In this document: piece after piece, positions 63,658 through 64,000 of the stretch | Position numbering within the stretch: position 1 is the stretch's first letter | How the letters are laid out: each line of letters starts with the position of its first letter | From: a virus | Reading direction: 5' to 3' (one strand) | IMG/VR virus record: IMGVR_UViG_3300036715_003363 | Length of the DNA: 64,000 bases | The notes under the pieces: model-generated | The model's input: the letters and a program-made list of their open reading frames with translations, nothing else | What the model was told of the DNA's origin: nothing | The model's database searches: none | Translations under genes and position numbers: made by a program

Positions 63658-64000
63658 TGGAATCAAATTTAACAGATCTTAAGAAAGTTGTTCGAGTCGA
63701 CGCCGGCGGTGGCGGTAGAGTAGCTCCAGATAACGTTAAGCCTTGGGGAAAGTCGAGCTCGCCACCGCAGCCCGGTGAGAAGAAGATTACAAAGGGCGGT
63801 GATACTCTTGACGATCACTTAGAGGGCGGTGATAAGAAACCAGATGTCCTTGATACTCCGGATGACTCTGATGAATTTAAACCTAGCGACGGCAGTGAAA
63901 AAACCGAGCAAGAAAAAATTGCAGATATGAAGGAAAAGATTACAGGTGCTCTTCAGGAGGCTGAAAAGGCAAGGGGTAGCGGAGGAGGAGCTCCTCGTTG
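63657..64000 (+). CDS. 5' part of a gene truncated by window; linker typical of DUF2201/vWA proteins
   Basis: ATG overlaps TAA; GGDTLDDHL...EKITGALQEAEKARGSGGG. Confidence 0.6.
   Translation, partial: MESNLTDLKKVVRVDAGGGGRVAPDNVKPWGKSSSPPQPGEKKITKGGDTLDDHLEGGDKKPDVLDTPDDSDEFKPSDGSEKTEQEKIADMKEKITGALQEAEKARGSGGGAPR

Noticed and set aside
1-64000. Prophage integrase, transposase or IS element
   Set aside because: No recombinase, transposase or terminal inverted-repeat signatures found; content is consistent with a lytic T4-like phage

Overview
This window is a gene-dense, AT-rich segment of a large T4-like (contractile-tailed, apparently lytic) bacteriophage genome read in the standard code. 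It carries tail-fibre, baseplate and spike genes (gp5-like, gp14-like, gp15-like, tail-collar, NHL/LamG/PKD proteins) and a lysis cassette (candidate unimolecular spanin, membrane proteins, GH46/chitosanase-like endolysin). Nucleotide and replication genes include phoH, a HAD nucleotidase, an RNase H-like 5'-3' exonuclease, hpt, a gp62-like clamp-loader subunit, GroES and a RadA-like ATPase. There are two tRNA clusters with several non-canonical folds. A 7-deazaguanine module (queD, queC, and a stand-alone class II glutamine amidotransferase that appears to start at ATT) suggests archaeosine-type DNA modification. From about 53.6 kb lies an accessory region: a ~2.1 kb multi-repeat non-coding block, a five-copy promoter-plus-gene tandem array, a captured prepilin-like gene pair resembling Verrucomicrobia cassette proteins (a host clue), and small proteins sharing a C-terminal tag. 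Promoter spacing suggests mostly leaderless mRNAs. All family assignments come from motif recognition by eye; no database search was run.
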